From the NCBI GenBank assembly GCA_043228905.1, contig JBHGNT010000006.1, positions 14,074,001 to 14,138,000 of the forward strand: a DNA stretch of 64,000 nt, written 5' to 3'. The translations under genes were made by a program, and so were the position numbers. The notes below the pieces were generated by a model. The model was not told the DNA's origin. It did no database searches and saw only the letters and a program-made list of their open reading frames with translations. Source of the DNA: Azolla caroliniana (Eukaryota; Plantae; Polypodiophyta). Shown in pieces: positions 12,611 to 26,600 of the stretch (position 1 is the stretch's first letter; each line of letters opens with the position of its first letter).

Positions 12611-12953
12611 GTTTACGAGTATGGGGAGAATACATAGATGAAGGAATAGTAAGAGCGAGATTTATATTAAACAAGAAAGCTCATAGTGATTACCGTACAC
12701 GGCTCTCGGCCAGAAACAATTTTGTGCACAGCTCCGTGCTACGATATTAATCCTGCTAAATAATCTATGTATCTCTCCCTCCTCTCGAGGTATGCAAATC
12801 TCGGTTTATATAGTTTTCTTCTTTAGACAGAGCCGAGCCATCGGCTGATTGTGAGGGCTCAAAAACTCGACTATTTTAGTTCTACCTATTTCCTCACGTA
12901 CTTTTCTACCTACCGGCGAGTTTACATATTTTCTATTTATATTTCTGGCTAAC

Positions 12954-15900
12954 TCCAATTTGTTCCCACTCTTGTCTAAGTTGGTTGTCTCCAACTCATC
13001 CTTGATCTCCAGACCCTTCACGACATTGGACCACATTTGTATCTTGGTCTTCTTGGCTTCCTTGGCTTTACCTCCCCCTTTTTCGGTTGGCTTTGGCTCC
13101 AGCGTCCTTTTGTGGTCGCTCCCCCTGCGTCTGACAAATCTCCACTTGTCTATTCTATCTACACATATCCATCCGTCCTCGGCTTCTTTAGCCGATCCAA
13201 ACACTCTGACTTCTTCAATCGGACCGAAATTGCGTTCGGTATCTAATTCGGTCTTCCAGACGTCTTCTTTTCCGGCTCGACCATCTCTCACCTTTTCATT
13301 CCTTTCATTCCTCCCCCTCAAAAGTTCGGCATATCGAGGTGTTGCAAATCAAACATGCCCGAAATTACCACAACTTGTCAAGACCTAAGGGTTTGGTGAA
13401 TATATTGGCCACTTGCCGATCTGTCGGAACATACACTAGTTCGACTTCACCGGAGAGGACACGCGCACAGACAAAATGGTAATGCACCTCAATGTGCTTG
13501 GTCCTGGCATGGAAAACAGGACTTTTCGCCAACTAGATACTGGTGAGGTTGTCATAATAGATCATCATCTGATCGAACACCTCCATCTACAGATCCTTTA
13601 GGAGCCTCTTGAGCCAAATGGGTTCGCATGTCACAACAACCACTCCTCCATACTTGGCCTTGGTGCTCTATAGTGCAATTGTCAGCTGCTTCATGTTGCT
13701 CCAAGCGATCACAAAACTTCGAAGTGAAAACATGAATCTGGAAGTTGACCTTCGATCGTCGGCATTTCCGGCCCAATCGACATCCATGTAGCCAACTAAT
13801 TGTCCAGCCACACCGGTCTGATATAACAATCCCCTATCCTTAGTGTCTTAGTGTCATTGACATACCGCATTATCCGATGCGCGCACTGAAGGTGCTCCAT
13901 GGTCAGATGTGCCATGAATTGACTAATCAGTGCGACTGAATAGCTAAGGTCCGGCCGGCTGATGGTTAGATATATAAGGCTTCTGACTATCTATCTGAAC
14001 CTTTTCGGGTCGTATTTCGTTCTAAAGTCGGGGCGAAGCTTCACATTCCTATCTAGAGGAGTTGAGACAAATTTACAATTCGTCATTCCAAACATGAAGA
14101 GCATACTTAACACATAATGTCGTTGGCGAATCACTTCGATCGCGAGGAAATGATGAAGGTCACCAAGATCCTTCATGTCGAACGATGCCACTAGTTGTGA
14201 CTTCATGCGGTCGATTTCTGCTATGTCGGCACCGGCGATGACTAGATCATCAACATAAAGTAAAATGCTTACCAGACCATTCTGACCTTGCCTGATGAAG
14301 AGTGAAGAATCTGACTTGGATGTGGAAAACCCCATCCGATGCAATCGTTGCTTGATTTCATGTTCCAGGAACGCGAGGCTAGCTTCAATTCGTAAAGGGA
14401 CTTCTCCAGTCGGCAAACAGCCGATGTGTTCATTCCGGACTAAAATCTAAGGGGGTTGTACCATGTATACTTGTTCCTCAAGCTCACCTTGGAGGAACAC
14501 ACTCTTTACATCCATTTGATGTAAATGCCACCCCTTTGCCGCAACCACCGCAAGCAAGACACGGATGGTTGTCATCTTGGCAACTGGTGTGAAGGTCTCA
14601 TCATAATCGATTTGGTGCTCCTGTGCATAGCCCTTCGCCACTAATCGAGCCTTGTACCGGTTGACGGAGCCATCGGTGTTATATTAGACCTTGTATACCT
14701 ATCGACATCTGATCGGCTTCATTCCCTTTGGAATGTCAACCAAATCCCATGTCTCATTTTCCATGAGTGTGTGCATCTCTTCCTCCATGGCATTCTGCCA
14801 GTTCGGATACTTAACCGTGCCTGCGTAGCTCTCCGGCTCACGTACTACTACCACCTTCGCCATGTATACATAATGATGCGCCATATACTCATTATATCCG
14901 TACCAGATCACGAGATTCTTTTGTGGGTAGATCGGCGCAACTCTTGGTTCACCGATTTCTTGACCCTCGCAACCAAATTTGACCCTATCTTTAGAGGTTC
15001 CTTGTTGCTCCTTTCGGAGTCAGATTCACTCCGATTCACTCTGATCCAACTCTTCCCTGCCAGTGTCATATGTTGGCATCTTCTGCTTCCCCTTTTCTTT
15101 GCGTGTGAACCGGCTCCTTGGCTCCTCGGCTCCTCACGTGGGGAGAGCACAGCCGAGTCTTCACTACTCGTTGGCTCGTCATCCGCTTGATCGCTTCAGC
15201 TCAACCAGTCCGGATTTGGACCAATGATTCAGAGAGAAGTCGGACTATCCGGGTGTTCGTATTCCGCTATGTTTCTCTTGGTTCCAGAATCCATTGTTTC
15301 GTCCACACCAATCGGCTCGGGTTTGGGTGATGAGAAGTACCATGATGCTAATTTGTCAAAAACGACATCACAACTAACTCGAACTTGCTTTGACCAAGGG
15401 TTGTAGCACTTGTACCCCTTCGGCTCGTCGGAGTAGCCAACCAGGATGCACTTCTCGGATTTTGCATCTAGTTTCTTTCACTTCCCATCCGGCACATGCA
15501 CACATGCAATGCTACCAAATACGCGTAAGTGCGCCAAATTTGGCTTCCAATCAAAGTACAATTCGTGCGGCGACACCTTTGTCCCTGAGGCAGATATTCA
15601 ATTCTGAATGAAGACGACTGTCGTAATTGCTTTGGCCCAATAAATCCGGGGCATGCTCTTCTCTTCCAGCATTATCCTTGCCGCTTCTACTAACGTCCAA
15701 TTCTGACCTTCCTCCTCGATTAAACATCTATGGTGAGTGAACCATACATGCATTCATTGATCCACGATCTGGCCAACCGACACCAAATTCTTGGTGATCG
15801 TCGAAACATGTAGGTCTTTCCTCATGATTCCCTTCTGGCCGACATGGCTCAGAGGGACATCCCCGATATGCTTGATGGGATGTAGGGTGTCGTCTCTAGT

Positions 15901-17460
15901 TTTGACCACCCCTGGCTTCTCCGGCTTCTCGAGAAAGGAGAACCATTCTTTATGGTTCGTCATATGGTTGGAAGCTCCAGCGTCCACATACCAAACCCCC
16001 TTCGGCTTTATGTCGGATGCAACCATTCTGTTGGCCTTATGCTTTATTATGAGGGCCGGTCCCGACCTGGCCCCCTCCGAGCTTCCGGCGAAGTGTGGTC
16101 AATGACGCCTATCCGCGTCTCTCCGGCTCGATCCAGATTTGTCTGAATCAGCCCTCTTCTTCTAGCACTCACTTTCTTTGTGGCCTTTCCAGCCACAGTA
16201 CCAACAGTCCGATGCGGTCTTCCCTTGCCGACTCTTGGCTCCGCCGCCTTGACTCCCCCTTCTTCCAGAGTGTCCGGTATTGCTATCGGCACCATCTTTG
16301 TGCCTCCGATTTTGTTCTTGTCAGTTGCCTGCATTGCACGCCGATCCACCTCAACCTACTCGTCCACAAGGCCTATGATTCTCCTCTACAAGGAGCATTG
16401 ACTGTAAGTCGAAAAAAGAAGGTGTATTCTCCCTCGTACATACCGTCGTCCGGCATGCTCTGAACTTTGACGCCAAGACCCCAAGACAGACGTGCACCAT
16501 CTCATCTTCCTCAACACTCATGTTGATAGAGGCATGTGAGTAGCAGATGTCTTTAATATGGGCCGCCTAGTCGGCCGCGGACATGTCCTTTTGTCGGACA
16601 TTGCTCAATTCCTGTCAGAGTTGCAGCTTCCAGGCCGTGATGCTTGCGGCAAAGACTTTCTTCAATTTCCCCAAGCTTCTTTTGGCGTCTTGGCATCCTG
16701 GATATGGTTGAGCAGTTGATCACCGACACTAGACGCAAAGTAGTACAATACCCTGCTTGCCGCTTGTCCTTAAGCCGGAAAGTCCCTGTGTGCCGCATCA
16801 GGTGCTCTATCATTCGCTCTGTCGGCATAACTCCAGTTCCCATGCCCAAGCAGGTACTAGTGCATCTTGTACGACCAAGATGCGTAGTTGGATCTGTCGA
16901 GCTTCTCCGTCAGGAGCAAGCTAGCCATTCCTCGGTCCATTCTCTCCTTCTTGTTTGTTTCTTTTAACAGAAACTAGGTTTTCGTCTACCTAACGGTTTT
17001 TGTCTGCAGTAGAGGATTTCTAACCGTCGCACTTTGATACCATGAAAACGATAGCATGTAGAAGTGTAGACAAGTCGGCTCAACCGGATAACAAAAGAAC
17101 ACAGAAAACATAGATGAAGGTTTAATGGAAACCTTAACACACATACGTGGGAGAGATAGAGGGAGGGAGAGAGCAGAACCAAAACTTGATTTCAAAATAA
17201 TACTATGTACATAGAATGTGTTCAGAGAGCACTTTTATACAAGTTCTTAGACGGACTGACACAAGTACCATAAGGAATATGCCCACATACTAGGCTCAAA
17301 CCGTAGGCCTCTAACGGCCTACAAATTCACACTATTCCGGACTATGATCCAATTCTCCAGTTTCCAGATACCAATCCAGCTCCTCGATACGGATACAATC
17401 CGAACACCGATTCGGCTCTAGCTTATTCAGCCGAGCTGGATTCGGTTGAGCTTGTTTCAA
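12954..17460 (-). mobile_element. Ty1/Copia element C (same family as G and J), integrase core deleted, 3' end cut by Gypsy B
   Basis: 5' LTR 17043-17460 resembles G LTRs. PBS TGGTATCAAAG 17042-17032. Gag, WYVDAGASNHM protease, RT (LLYVDDL) and RNase H fragments. Junction IEEEGQ|NWTLVEAAR at ~15700 removes the integrase core. Confidence 0.88.
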
Positions 17461-20400
17461 TCAATTCTATTGGTTGAAGAGAACCACGTCCGAACCAAGA
17501 CAAAGACGTCGAAAGGACAAATGTTCTTCTCAAATTCGGATGGTGGCCGAGGTCGAGGTCGAGACGTTAGAAGAGGTCGATTCGGCCCATCTCACGAAGG
17601 GAACTCAAGCCATCGAGGAACCTTCAGAAGAAGGAGGAGCTTCCATGCCGAACAAGATCGAAAAATGTGGCCCATTACTTGCAATGATTGTGGGAAGGTC
17701 GGCCATCGTGAAGAGGAGTCCCGAAAGAGAAGAAGAGAGTCGGCTTCCACAAGCTGACAACTCACAAACTACACCACCAAATCCAAATATGATGACTACG
17801 GTGGACTATTCGTAATGAGACATAGAGCGAACTCTATGTCGACCTCCAACTCCACAAGCACCTCCAACTCGGAAGACATGTGGTTCGTCAACTCCGGTGC
17901 CTCACATCATATGACATCACACCAAGAGTGGTTTCGTGACTTACGAATGCCGGATCGACCCGGCTACATAGAGACGAGAGATGACACCACACATCCCATT
18001 CGGCACATCGGCAACATTCCATTCCGCAAAAATGGCAAAAACAATTGCATCAAGAATGTCTTGGATGTGCCGACAATAACAAAGAATTTGTTCTCGGTAG
18101 GCCAAATCGTGGAGCAAGGAATGCAAGTTCATTTCAACAACGAAAGATGATTTATAGAAAAAGATGCCCGACTCATAGCTAGGGGATGGAGAGACGGCCA
18201 AATGTTCATGTTGTCTATGATGTTCAATGCATATGCGGATGTATGTAGGAACCTGTCAATTATGTGCTCAGCAAACAACACAAAAGTATGGCAAGAGAAT
18301 AGACGGAAGCATAGACACAGTTTTCAGGTTTTAATGGAAGCTTTTGTTATTTCTCTGTTCTCTCTCTCTCAAAGATTCAAGATACAAGATGCATGAAGAG
18401 ATTAAGTTACAACGTTAGGTTATTGCTTATATACTAAGCCCTAACTATTTGAACGTGTTCACACTAGTAAGAATACAAAGGTGGAAGGAGTCGGCCTTTT
18501 ATGCCAACAAACTCCCCTGTCAAAGGACTAATCTTTCTTATGTATACAAGTGGTTGGGGTTATCTCCCCCTTAAACCTAGATTCAAAACTAACCTAAATT
18601 TATAGTTACAAGTCAGTCGGCATATAGCCAAGTTGGTAGAGGTGGAATTGGTGTTTAGCCTGATGCGGCTAGTCATTTGGATTTGTTTGTCCGAATCGGT
18701 CGGATCGACTTACCTCCTGCTCCTCATTAGGCTTTCTTCTGTTCAGTCTCTTGTCGTAGTCCCATCTTTGTCCTCAGTGCTCTAAAGCGTTGATCTAGTA
18801 GTGGCTTCGTTAGGCAATCGGCGATGTTCACCTCGGTGTCGATCTTCCGGATTTCGAGCTTCTTATCGGTTACTAGCTCCCAAATGTGATGATACCGCAC
18901 CTCAATATGTTGTCTTGGCATGATAGACATGGTTGTTGATGAGGTGTATTGCGCTCTGTGAGTCGCAATAGATGGTCGACATTGGTCGGTCAATTCGGTG
19001 CACCTAGATTGCTTCCTTCGCTGCCTCCAATGCTGCTATGTACTCGGCCTCGGTAGTAGACATGGTCGTGCACTCTTGAAGCTTTGATCTCCATGATATG
19101 GCGCCACCACAATAGATGAAGATATAACCTGATGTCAACTTCCGATTATCAGAATTCCCAGCATAGTCGAAGTCAGAATAGCCTTTGACTTTGATCAGGT
19201 TTGCCGATCCGAAGGTCATTTGTGCATCCTCGGTTCCTTGTAGGTACCTTGGGATGTGCTTGACGGCCTCCCAATGCTTCTCTCCTGGGTTCGACATGTA
19301 CCGGAGAACAACCCCTACGACATATGCAAGGTTGGGTCGAGTCGCCACCATCGCGTACATGATACTTCCTACTGTCGATGCATAGAGTATCTTTCCATTA
19401 AGCTCTCTTTGCTTGTCCATTGAAGGAGAGTCTTTGTCCGATAGTCGGATCGACGTTGGAAGCTGTGTTGGTGTTGGCTTCGAATTCTGCATGTTGAAGC
19501 GTTTCAGCACCTTGCGAATATAGTTTTTGTTGTCCGATTTTGCCCTATCCTTATGACCATTATGTGTCAGGCTTGTCCAAGTTCCTCCATTGTGAACTTT
19601 TCATGAAGGCTCAGCTTTAGCTTTCTGATTTCGGCATGATTTCTCCCTGTAATCAGATAGATCTGGGACTCATCGGCCAATTGCTGAGTACGAAGTCAAA
19701 CCGGTTGTAGCTGAGTTGTCGGATGTAGGAGTCAAACTTCTGGTAACACATCCTCTGTGCTTGTTTTAAGCCATAAAGGCTTTTCATCAATCGAAATATG
19801 AGTTGACCTTCTTCCCCCTTCGTCGTGAAGCATGTCGGTTGAGGCATGTAAATGTCTTCTTCCAGATCTCAGTGTAGGAACGTCATCTTTATGTCCATCT
19901 GCTCGAGCTCTAGGTCATCTATCGCCACGACTCCTAGTAGGAGCCGAAGGGTGGTCATCTTGACTACTGGTGAGAATATCTCGTCGTAGGCAACCCCATG
20001 CTCCTATTTGAACCCCCTCGCTACGAGCCGAGCTTTGTATTTGGGCTTTTTTGAGTCAGATACATATTTGTATCTCAAACCCATTTGCATGGCAACGGTT
20101 TTCTTCCAACTGGTAGTTCAACCAACTCCCATGTATTGTTTTGATGGATCGAATCCATCTCGAATCTCATGGCTTGCAGCCATGTATCGACATCCGGTGT
20201 GATTATAGCTTCTTCGTATGTGTTTGATTCGCCTGCATTGGTGTAGTTGACGTAATCGAGGCCTGGTTGATACAACTCTATTGACCTTCGAACTTGTCCA
20301 GATCTCCTGGGTGCCGAAGTGATCGGTTCCCGTCCTTCGATCAGCTCTGTTGATCGATCAACACTTGTTGAACCACTTATATCAAGAGTCCAGTTGGATG

Positions 20401-21246
20401 ACTCACCCTTGTGATAGGATTTCGGCGATGTCTCATCACCCTCCATTTCTTCGGGATTGATTGACTTAGTGGTAGGAGATTTAGCCGACTCGGTGTCGTG
20501 AAGAAAACCGGCCCTAAGAGGAATCAAGGAATTGAAGGTGTGAACCCGCCCTTTCACGAATGTGCATGAATTGATACATTGTACATAACTAGGGATAGGA
20601 TGGCTGATGTAAATATGTTAAGTATGACATATTTATTAGCTAGGAAATCGATGCATATCTCTATCCGAAAGGACAGAGAATAAAGTTGAGATGTTTTGAT
20701 GTAAGGGCCTCCTCGGCAACCTATAAAAAAAGAAGGGGAGAAGAAGAGGGGGGATCGCGTTTTGGCGAGGACGAGGTGTTGTCGGACTGGGTATCGAGCT
20801 CTCTCCTCTATCGTTGCTCTCCACTCTGTTTCTGCGTCAGTTGCCTCTGTTGCGCATAAGCCCGCGTGCTTCCAGCGAAGGCTCCATCGTGCGTTCTCTG
20901 TGTCGTGTGTGTGTGCATGGGTTCTCTGTGTCGGGTCTGTTGCTGGATTGCCAGTTGTAATCTTGCATACATTGTAATCTTGCTAGTTATTGAATTCAAG
21001 CTTCTGTTTTCTCTCTCTTGTGTTCTCGTGAGTTCCCTTTACCTTGACCGGTGAGCGTGTATCAAGTTCGGAGACTATGCACATTCAGGTCTTATTCGGC
21101 CAGTAACACTGTCAGAAACGAGCAGGCCTAGCTGGCGATACGCTCGCGTATCTCTCTCTCTTTTGATCTCTTAAACCCCTCGGTCCAAGACCCCCGCGGT
21201 CCCGCCTTAGTTTCTCCCACGTGAGTGGAACAACACGACATAAATT

Positions 21247-21264
21247 TGGTGAACCCGACGTGAA
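21247..21264 (+). promoter_or_regulatory. Primer-binding site complementary to tRNA-Trp(CCA) 3' end
   Basis: TGGTGAACCCGACGTGAA is the complement of the plant cytosolic tRNA-Trp 3' end UUCACGUCGGGUUCACCA (recalled sequence). Confidence 0.85.
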
Positions 21265-23673
21265 CCAAGGCAACAGAGGAGTTGAAGATGAGGGGATCGG
21301 ACCTTGCCGAACCCATGGCGGCAGTGGTTGATCGGATAGTAAACGCTCGCAAGGGCACAGGCACCCTCCAGAAGGCCATTGAAGCAATTGTCGGCGCGAT
21401 AGGCCGGTTCAGTGGTAAGAACGCCACGAGTTATTTGGAGGCCTACCGAACCGAAATGGTTATGAGGGACATTCCGGAAGATAGGCAGTTGGCCGGTTTC
21501 CCTCGGGTGGCGACGCCAGGCATTCACACAGAGGTGCTCGAGGTACAACCTGGATGCCAGACCTGGGGAGAGTTTGAAGGTCAGATCCTCGAGAAATACG
21601 GGCTCGATGACTCGCTTCAGCTATCAAAGCAAGAGTTCATGGAGTGGGTGGAGACCCCCGAAAAGGCGAGGAACACGTCTGTGCTCCTCCAGGAATTTGA
21701 ACAACGGTTCGCTCGATTGTCGGCACTGGACCAGACCGTGCTCGACACGAGTCGGGTCCTGCTATTCGTCAAAACGGTGGACGCATTGGATCGGGAGAAA
21801 GTGGGTCTCCTATTGGAGACGGACGAAGGGCTCACGACAAACTGGGTCGTGGTAAAACAAGTTTGTAGTCGGTTCGACAAATGACGTGAATGGAGCGGCG
21901 AGGTGTCGCTAGCAGCAAGGCCGATCCCGGCAAGGGAGTTTGAGGAGCTGGCATTGGTAAGGAAAGATGAGACTCGAACTTGGATGGAGTCGGGTGCGGG
22001 CCCGTCTGACGCGGTCAAGGGTCTCTCCGGGAAGTCGGCTCTAGAAGAACTGACACAAATGGTGCGGGATCTCCAAATCGCGCAGGCACGAAGAGACAGC
22101 GGCGAACAGCCTCGTGACCGGAGGCCGCCGGCATGGCAACGGTGCATGTGGTCTCATGCGGTTGGTCACATCCGGAAGGAGTGCGCAGATTTTGCAGAAG
22201 CACTCAAGACTAACGCGGTGTACCTATGGAATGGGCGGGTACAGTCGAGCGAGACTCAGAAAGCCCTGGAGTTGAATACCGGGTGTGGCGGAATGAAGCG
22301 GTTAATGGAGGAAGCCACAACGCGACACGCAGAGGCCGTCCACTACTCTGCGTCGGCGGGTATCCGAATCGGGGGCGACGAGGGTCGAAAGGCGACAGAC
22401 TCTGGATTTTGGACATTAGTGCTAGAAGGCCTCTCCGGGGTTCGGTTGAGGAAAGAGGAAGCGGACTGCGAGGAGCAACGGATTCGGGAGGTCACTGGAT
22501 GGGACGATAGGGTTGAAGAAATGACCGGCTTCGTGGAAGCCGCATGCCAGAACTACGAGGTTCTAGTAGAAGACAAGTGCGCAGGAAAGGCTAGAGGGGG
22601 CGGTCCCTCACAACGGTACAAGACCCGGTTCGGACCGAAGCCGAACGATGCCACCAACACCGGGGTGCAAGATAGAAAGAAGCAGGCCGATTTCCAGCTG
22701 TGCACTGAGATTGAGCACACGACAGACCTACGAAAGTTTCTTGAGGAACAGATTCTTGACAGCAAGGTGGAGTTGTCGTTACGGGAGGTACTCGGGATTG
22801 CCAAGAAGGAGTTACACGACTCCATTGTAGACTTGGTAAAGCATAAGCGGCTCTCGATGGAGCCGGAGCCAGAGAAGCCTGTGAAGGTGCAGACGACACG
22901 CCTAGAAGACATGACCCTAGAGGATTAGTTGGCGAACAGCCACTATTTGAAGTTGCATTGGGCCAGAGCCACTACGGAGACCCCTGTTCGGATCGGGGAC
23001 ATTCTGGAGCCGGTGGTGGCATTGATAAACCATGGATCCGAAATCAACCTGATGTCCATGGGTTTCCATAAGAAAGGGGAATGGTCGATCAACACCAAGC
23101 ACGAATGGAAGATACGCACGGTGACACACGCTATGGAGGAGCTGCATGGTGCGTGCCGGAGATAGATCAACATTTCTTTGTGCAGGAGACATCCTCGCAC
23201 CCGGTGATACTCAGCGAACCGTACATTACAGCGGCACGCATGGAAACAAAGGTGTTAGACAACGGTTCGGCATACGCACACGTGAAGAGCCAGGATGGGC
23301 AGTGCTCCGTTCAATTTCTGATGGTGAGGCCGAATCATGAGCGTAACCGCGAGACCCTCAGCGGCGATAGCCGAGGGGATGTTTAGAGAGGGCTATCAAG
23401 GCGTGGGGCCGTGGTAGTCTGGACACCCTAGGAAAACCCCACACATGTACCATAGATAGGAAATTTTGGTTCTTCAATAACAGAGGTTGTACAATAGCCG
23501 GCATCAGCGGCCGGGAAAAGAAGCAGGCGCATGAAAGATTCAGGGCATGTAGTGTCCTCGGCCCTGGCGAAGAGATTGGCGACGCCATGGAGGCGGTCTC
23601 CTTCGATGACACCTTGGGGGAATTACGCGGTGTGGTCGAAGAAGGCCTTAGTGAAGACCGGACGATTCCGGTT

Positions 23674-26600
23674 TGTTGAGAGACAAGCTCAACATCGGCC
23701 GGATCGATACCGGTATGTAGACTGATGCGTAGGAAGGCCGAATCGGTGCAGAAACCGGGAGGCCATCGGAAAGATATTCCGCAAGGAATATATTTGGGAG
23801 TTAGTGTAGGGGCTCCATAATGAACATTGAAGTACTGTTAGTACTTCTGTCAGTCCGAAAAGGACTTGTATAAAAGTGGTCATTGAACACACATGATGTA
23901 CAGATTGAGTATTATTTTGAATTAAGTTCTTGTGTTTACTCTCTCTGTCTCCCCCGTGCGTACTGTGCAAACCTCAGCTTTCCATTAAACCTGCATTTTC
24001 TGTTGTTCGGTTTCCTATATTGCTTCCGCACGCCATTCTTTTCATGGTATTAGAGCGCGAGGGTTGAGAACCTCTATAATCGACTTTGCTTGAAGGAAAA
24101 ACCAACAAAGAAGAACAAGAAAACCGATGGACAGAGGAATGGCTACCTCGCTTCCGACAAAGAAGCTCGAAAAAACCAACTACGCATCTTGGTCCTACAA
24201 GATGCACCAGTACCTGCTCGGGCACGATTACTAGAGCTATGTCGACGGAGCAAATGACATAGCACCCAAATCGACACACAAAGATTTCCCGGTGTGGGAA
24301 CAGTCGGCGAGCAGAGTACTGTATTGCTTCGCGTCTTGTGTGGGCGAACAGCTATTAAGCTACATTCGGGATGCAAAAACGCCGAAGGGTGCGTGGGAAA
24401 ATCTAAAGAATATCTTCGCCGTGAGCACCACAACCAAGAAGCTTCAGCTCCGACAGAAGTTGAGCAACCTACGACTACGCAATTTGTCGGTGGCTGACTA
24501 TACCTCGAAGATCAAGGACATATGCGACTCCTTAGCTTCCATCGATGTGAACATCGAGGAAAGCGAGATGGTCTAGGTTTGTCTCGGGGGTTTGGTGTCA
24601 AAGTTCGGAGCGTTCCGAACTACTGTGTGTACCCGGGAGAATACGCCGTCCTTTTTTGACTTACAGTCGATGCTCCTGGTAGAGGAGAATCACGCGGGTG
24701 CGTCAACAAGCACGCACACCGACAGCAACATGTTGTACACGGAGGGAGATAGGCCCCGTGGACGTGGAGAACAAGACGAGTCGGTACGCAATGGAGGCAG
24801 CCGACGGGATCAAGGAAGAAGGCACCGAAGTGATGCCAACAACAATTCCGGACCCTCCAGAAACAGGGGGAGTCGAGGCGCCGAGAACTGGCAAGGGAAA
24901 TCCGCCGTGGAATGCTAGTATTGTGGCAAGAAAGGCCACAAGGAGAGCGAGTACTGGAAAAAGCACGCCGATTCGGAGAGAACCGGGTCCGGAACAGGTT
25001 CCGGACAGACCGACAAAGGAAATCGGCAATGATCGCACTACACCGAAGGATCCAGAGAAGCCGGAATAGGGTCAGTCTTCGTGATGAGACACGAAGCAAA
25101 CTCAATAAGAAAAAACCCCGAAGTCTGAGGAGGTGTGGTACATTGACTCCGGCGCGTCAAACCACATGAAGTGCCACGAGGAGTGGTTCTCATACCTTGA
25201 GAAACCGACACAACCATGAGTAGTCGTAACTGGAGAAGACACTCCGCATCCGATCACGAATGTCGGTGAAGTTCCCTTAAGCCATGTCAGGCAGAAAGGG
25301 AAACTTATGAATGTGTTACACATCCCGACAATCACGAAACATCGGGTGTCGGTCGGGCATATCGTCGACCAGGGGATGCAGGTTCGGTTTACACACCTTG
25401 GGTGCTTCATTGAGGAAGAAGGTTGTGTTATTGCGCAAGGGCGCAGAAACGGGAGGATGTTTATCCTCGATTCTAGTGACGGTGGCACCGCAATGTTTGC
25501 AAAGGGACAAAAAGTCGAGTCGGATATCGACTTATGGCACAAGCGGATAGACCACGTCAACTACCAGCGGCTTCAGGACCTGCAATCGAAACATGTGGTG
25601 TTCGGATTGCCCAAATCTAGTGGCCGAAAGGCACAAATTTGTGAAGCCTGCCAGCTTGGGAAGCAACACCGACTTCCCTTCCCCAATGAGCGTAACCGGA
25701 GCCGAAACAAGCTCGACTTGATACACTCCGATGTGTGGGGGCCGGCACAAAACATTAGTCTTGGTGGGAGCCGATATTTCGTCTCCTTCATTGACGACTA
25801 CATGCAGCACACGTGGATCTACCTCATTGAGAGGAAGAGCGAAGTCTTCGACTGTTTCCGGGACCTCAAAGGGTTCGTCGAAATGGAAACAAGAAGAAAG
25901 ATCAAGTGCCTGCGGTCAGATGGTGGAAAAGAATACTTTTCCGGTCAATTCAACTGTTATCTACAACAGATGGGAATTCGGCGCGAATTCAGTTGTAGAT
26001 ACATGCCGGAGCAAAACGGCATGGCCGAGAGGAAAAATCAGTCGGTTGTGGAAGCGGCGCGGGAAATGCTGGAAGAAAACAGCTTGCCCAAGTTCTACTG
26101 GGCCGAGGCGGTAAGGACCGCGGTATACATCCAAAATCGGATCGGAGAAAAAGTGTCGGCACACGAGCTATATTTCAGAACGAAGCCGAACTTGCGACAC
26201 TTACGAGTTTTCGGTAGCATTGCGTATGTGCATGTGCCGAAGGAGAAACGGAGAAAGCTGGACGCAAAGGCTGAGAAATGTATCTTGGTCGATTACTTGG
26301 ACGAGCATAAGGGTTATAAGTGTTATAACCCGCGCACCAAACAAGCGCGCGTGAGCCACGACGTTGTGTTTGATGAGTTTGCGTCCTGGTACTTGCCTCC
26401 GACTCCGGATCTCAACTCCAATCCGAGTTCTGACGATGAGGTCAGCGAGGCCGAGATGCCTCCGGATGAGCCTAAAATCGGGACCCGCGAAGAGAGTCTG
26501 ATTTCATTTCGGTTAAGCGGACCGAATGGACGACTGAGTCGTTTCGACCAGTACGATGAAGAGCCGGTGAGTAGTGGAGACTCGGTCGTGCATTCCCCAC

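Larger units (their letters stand above)
1..12953 (-). mobile_element. Ty3/Gypsy non-chromovirus LTR retrotransposon B (degenerate; 3' part outside window; interrupted by Copia A at 1714-8653)
   Basis: Minus-strand gag fragments 9067-10347 with zinc knuckle CFKCNQPDHYATEC. Protease (INSGSGVNVIS) 8654-9079 resumes left of 1713 (RPIG|LICHLKFTLGGH). RT-RNase H at 49-1008. Putative 5' LTR 10650-~12953. Confidence 0.85.

Noticed and set aside
11054-12641. Repeated 60-111 aa ORFs in the array
   Set aside because: Unit length 245 is not a multiple of 3 and there is no recognisable domain; the ORFs are by-products of the repeat.
10632-13418. 13-bp inverted match GGCAAGTGGCCAA / TTGGCCACTTGCC
   Set aside because: The second copy is ordinary RNase H coding sequence of Copia C; most likely chance.
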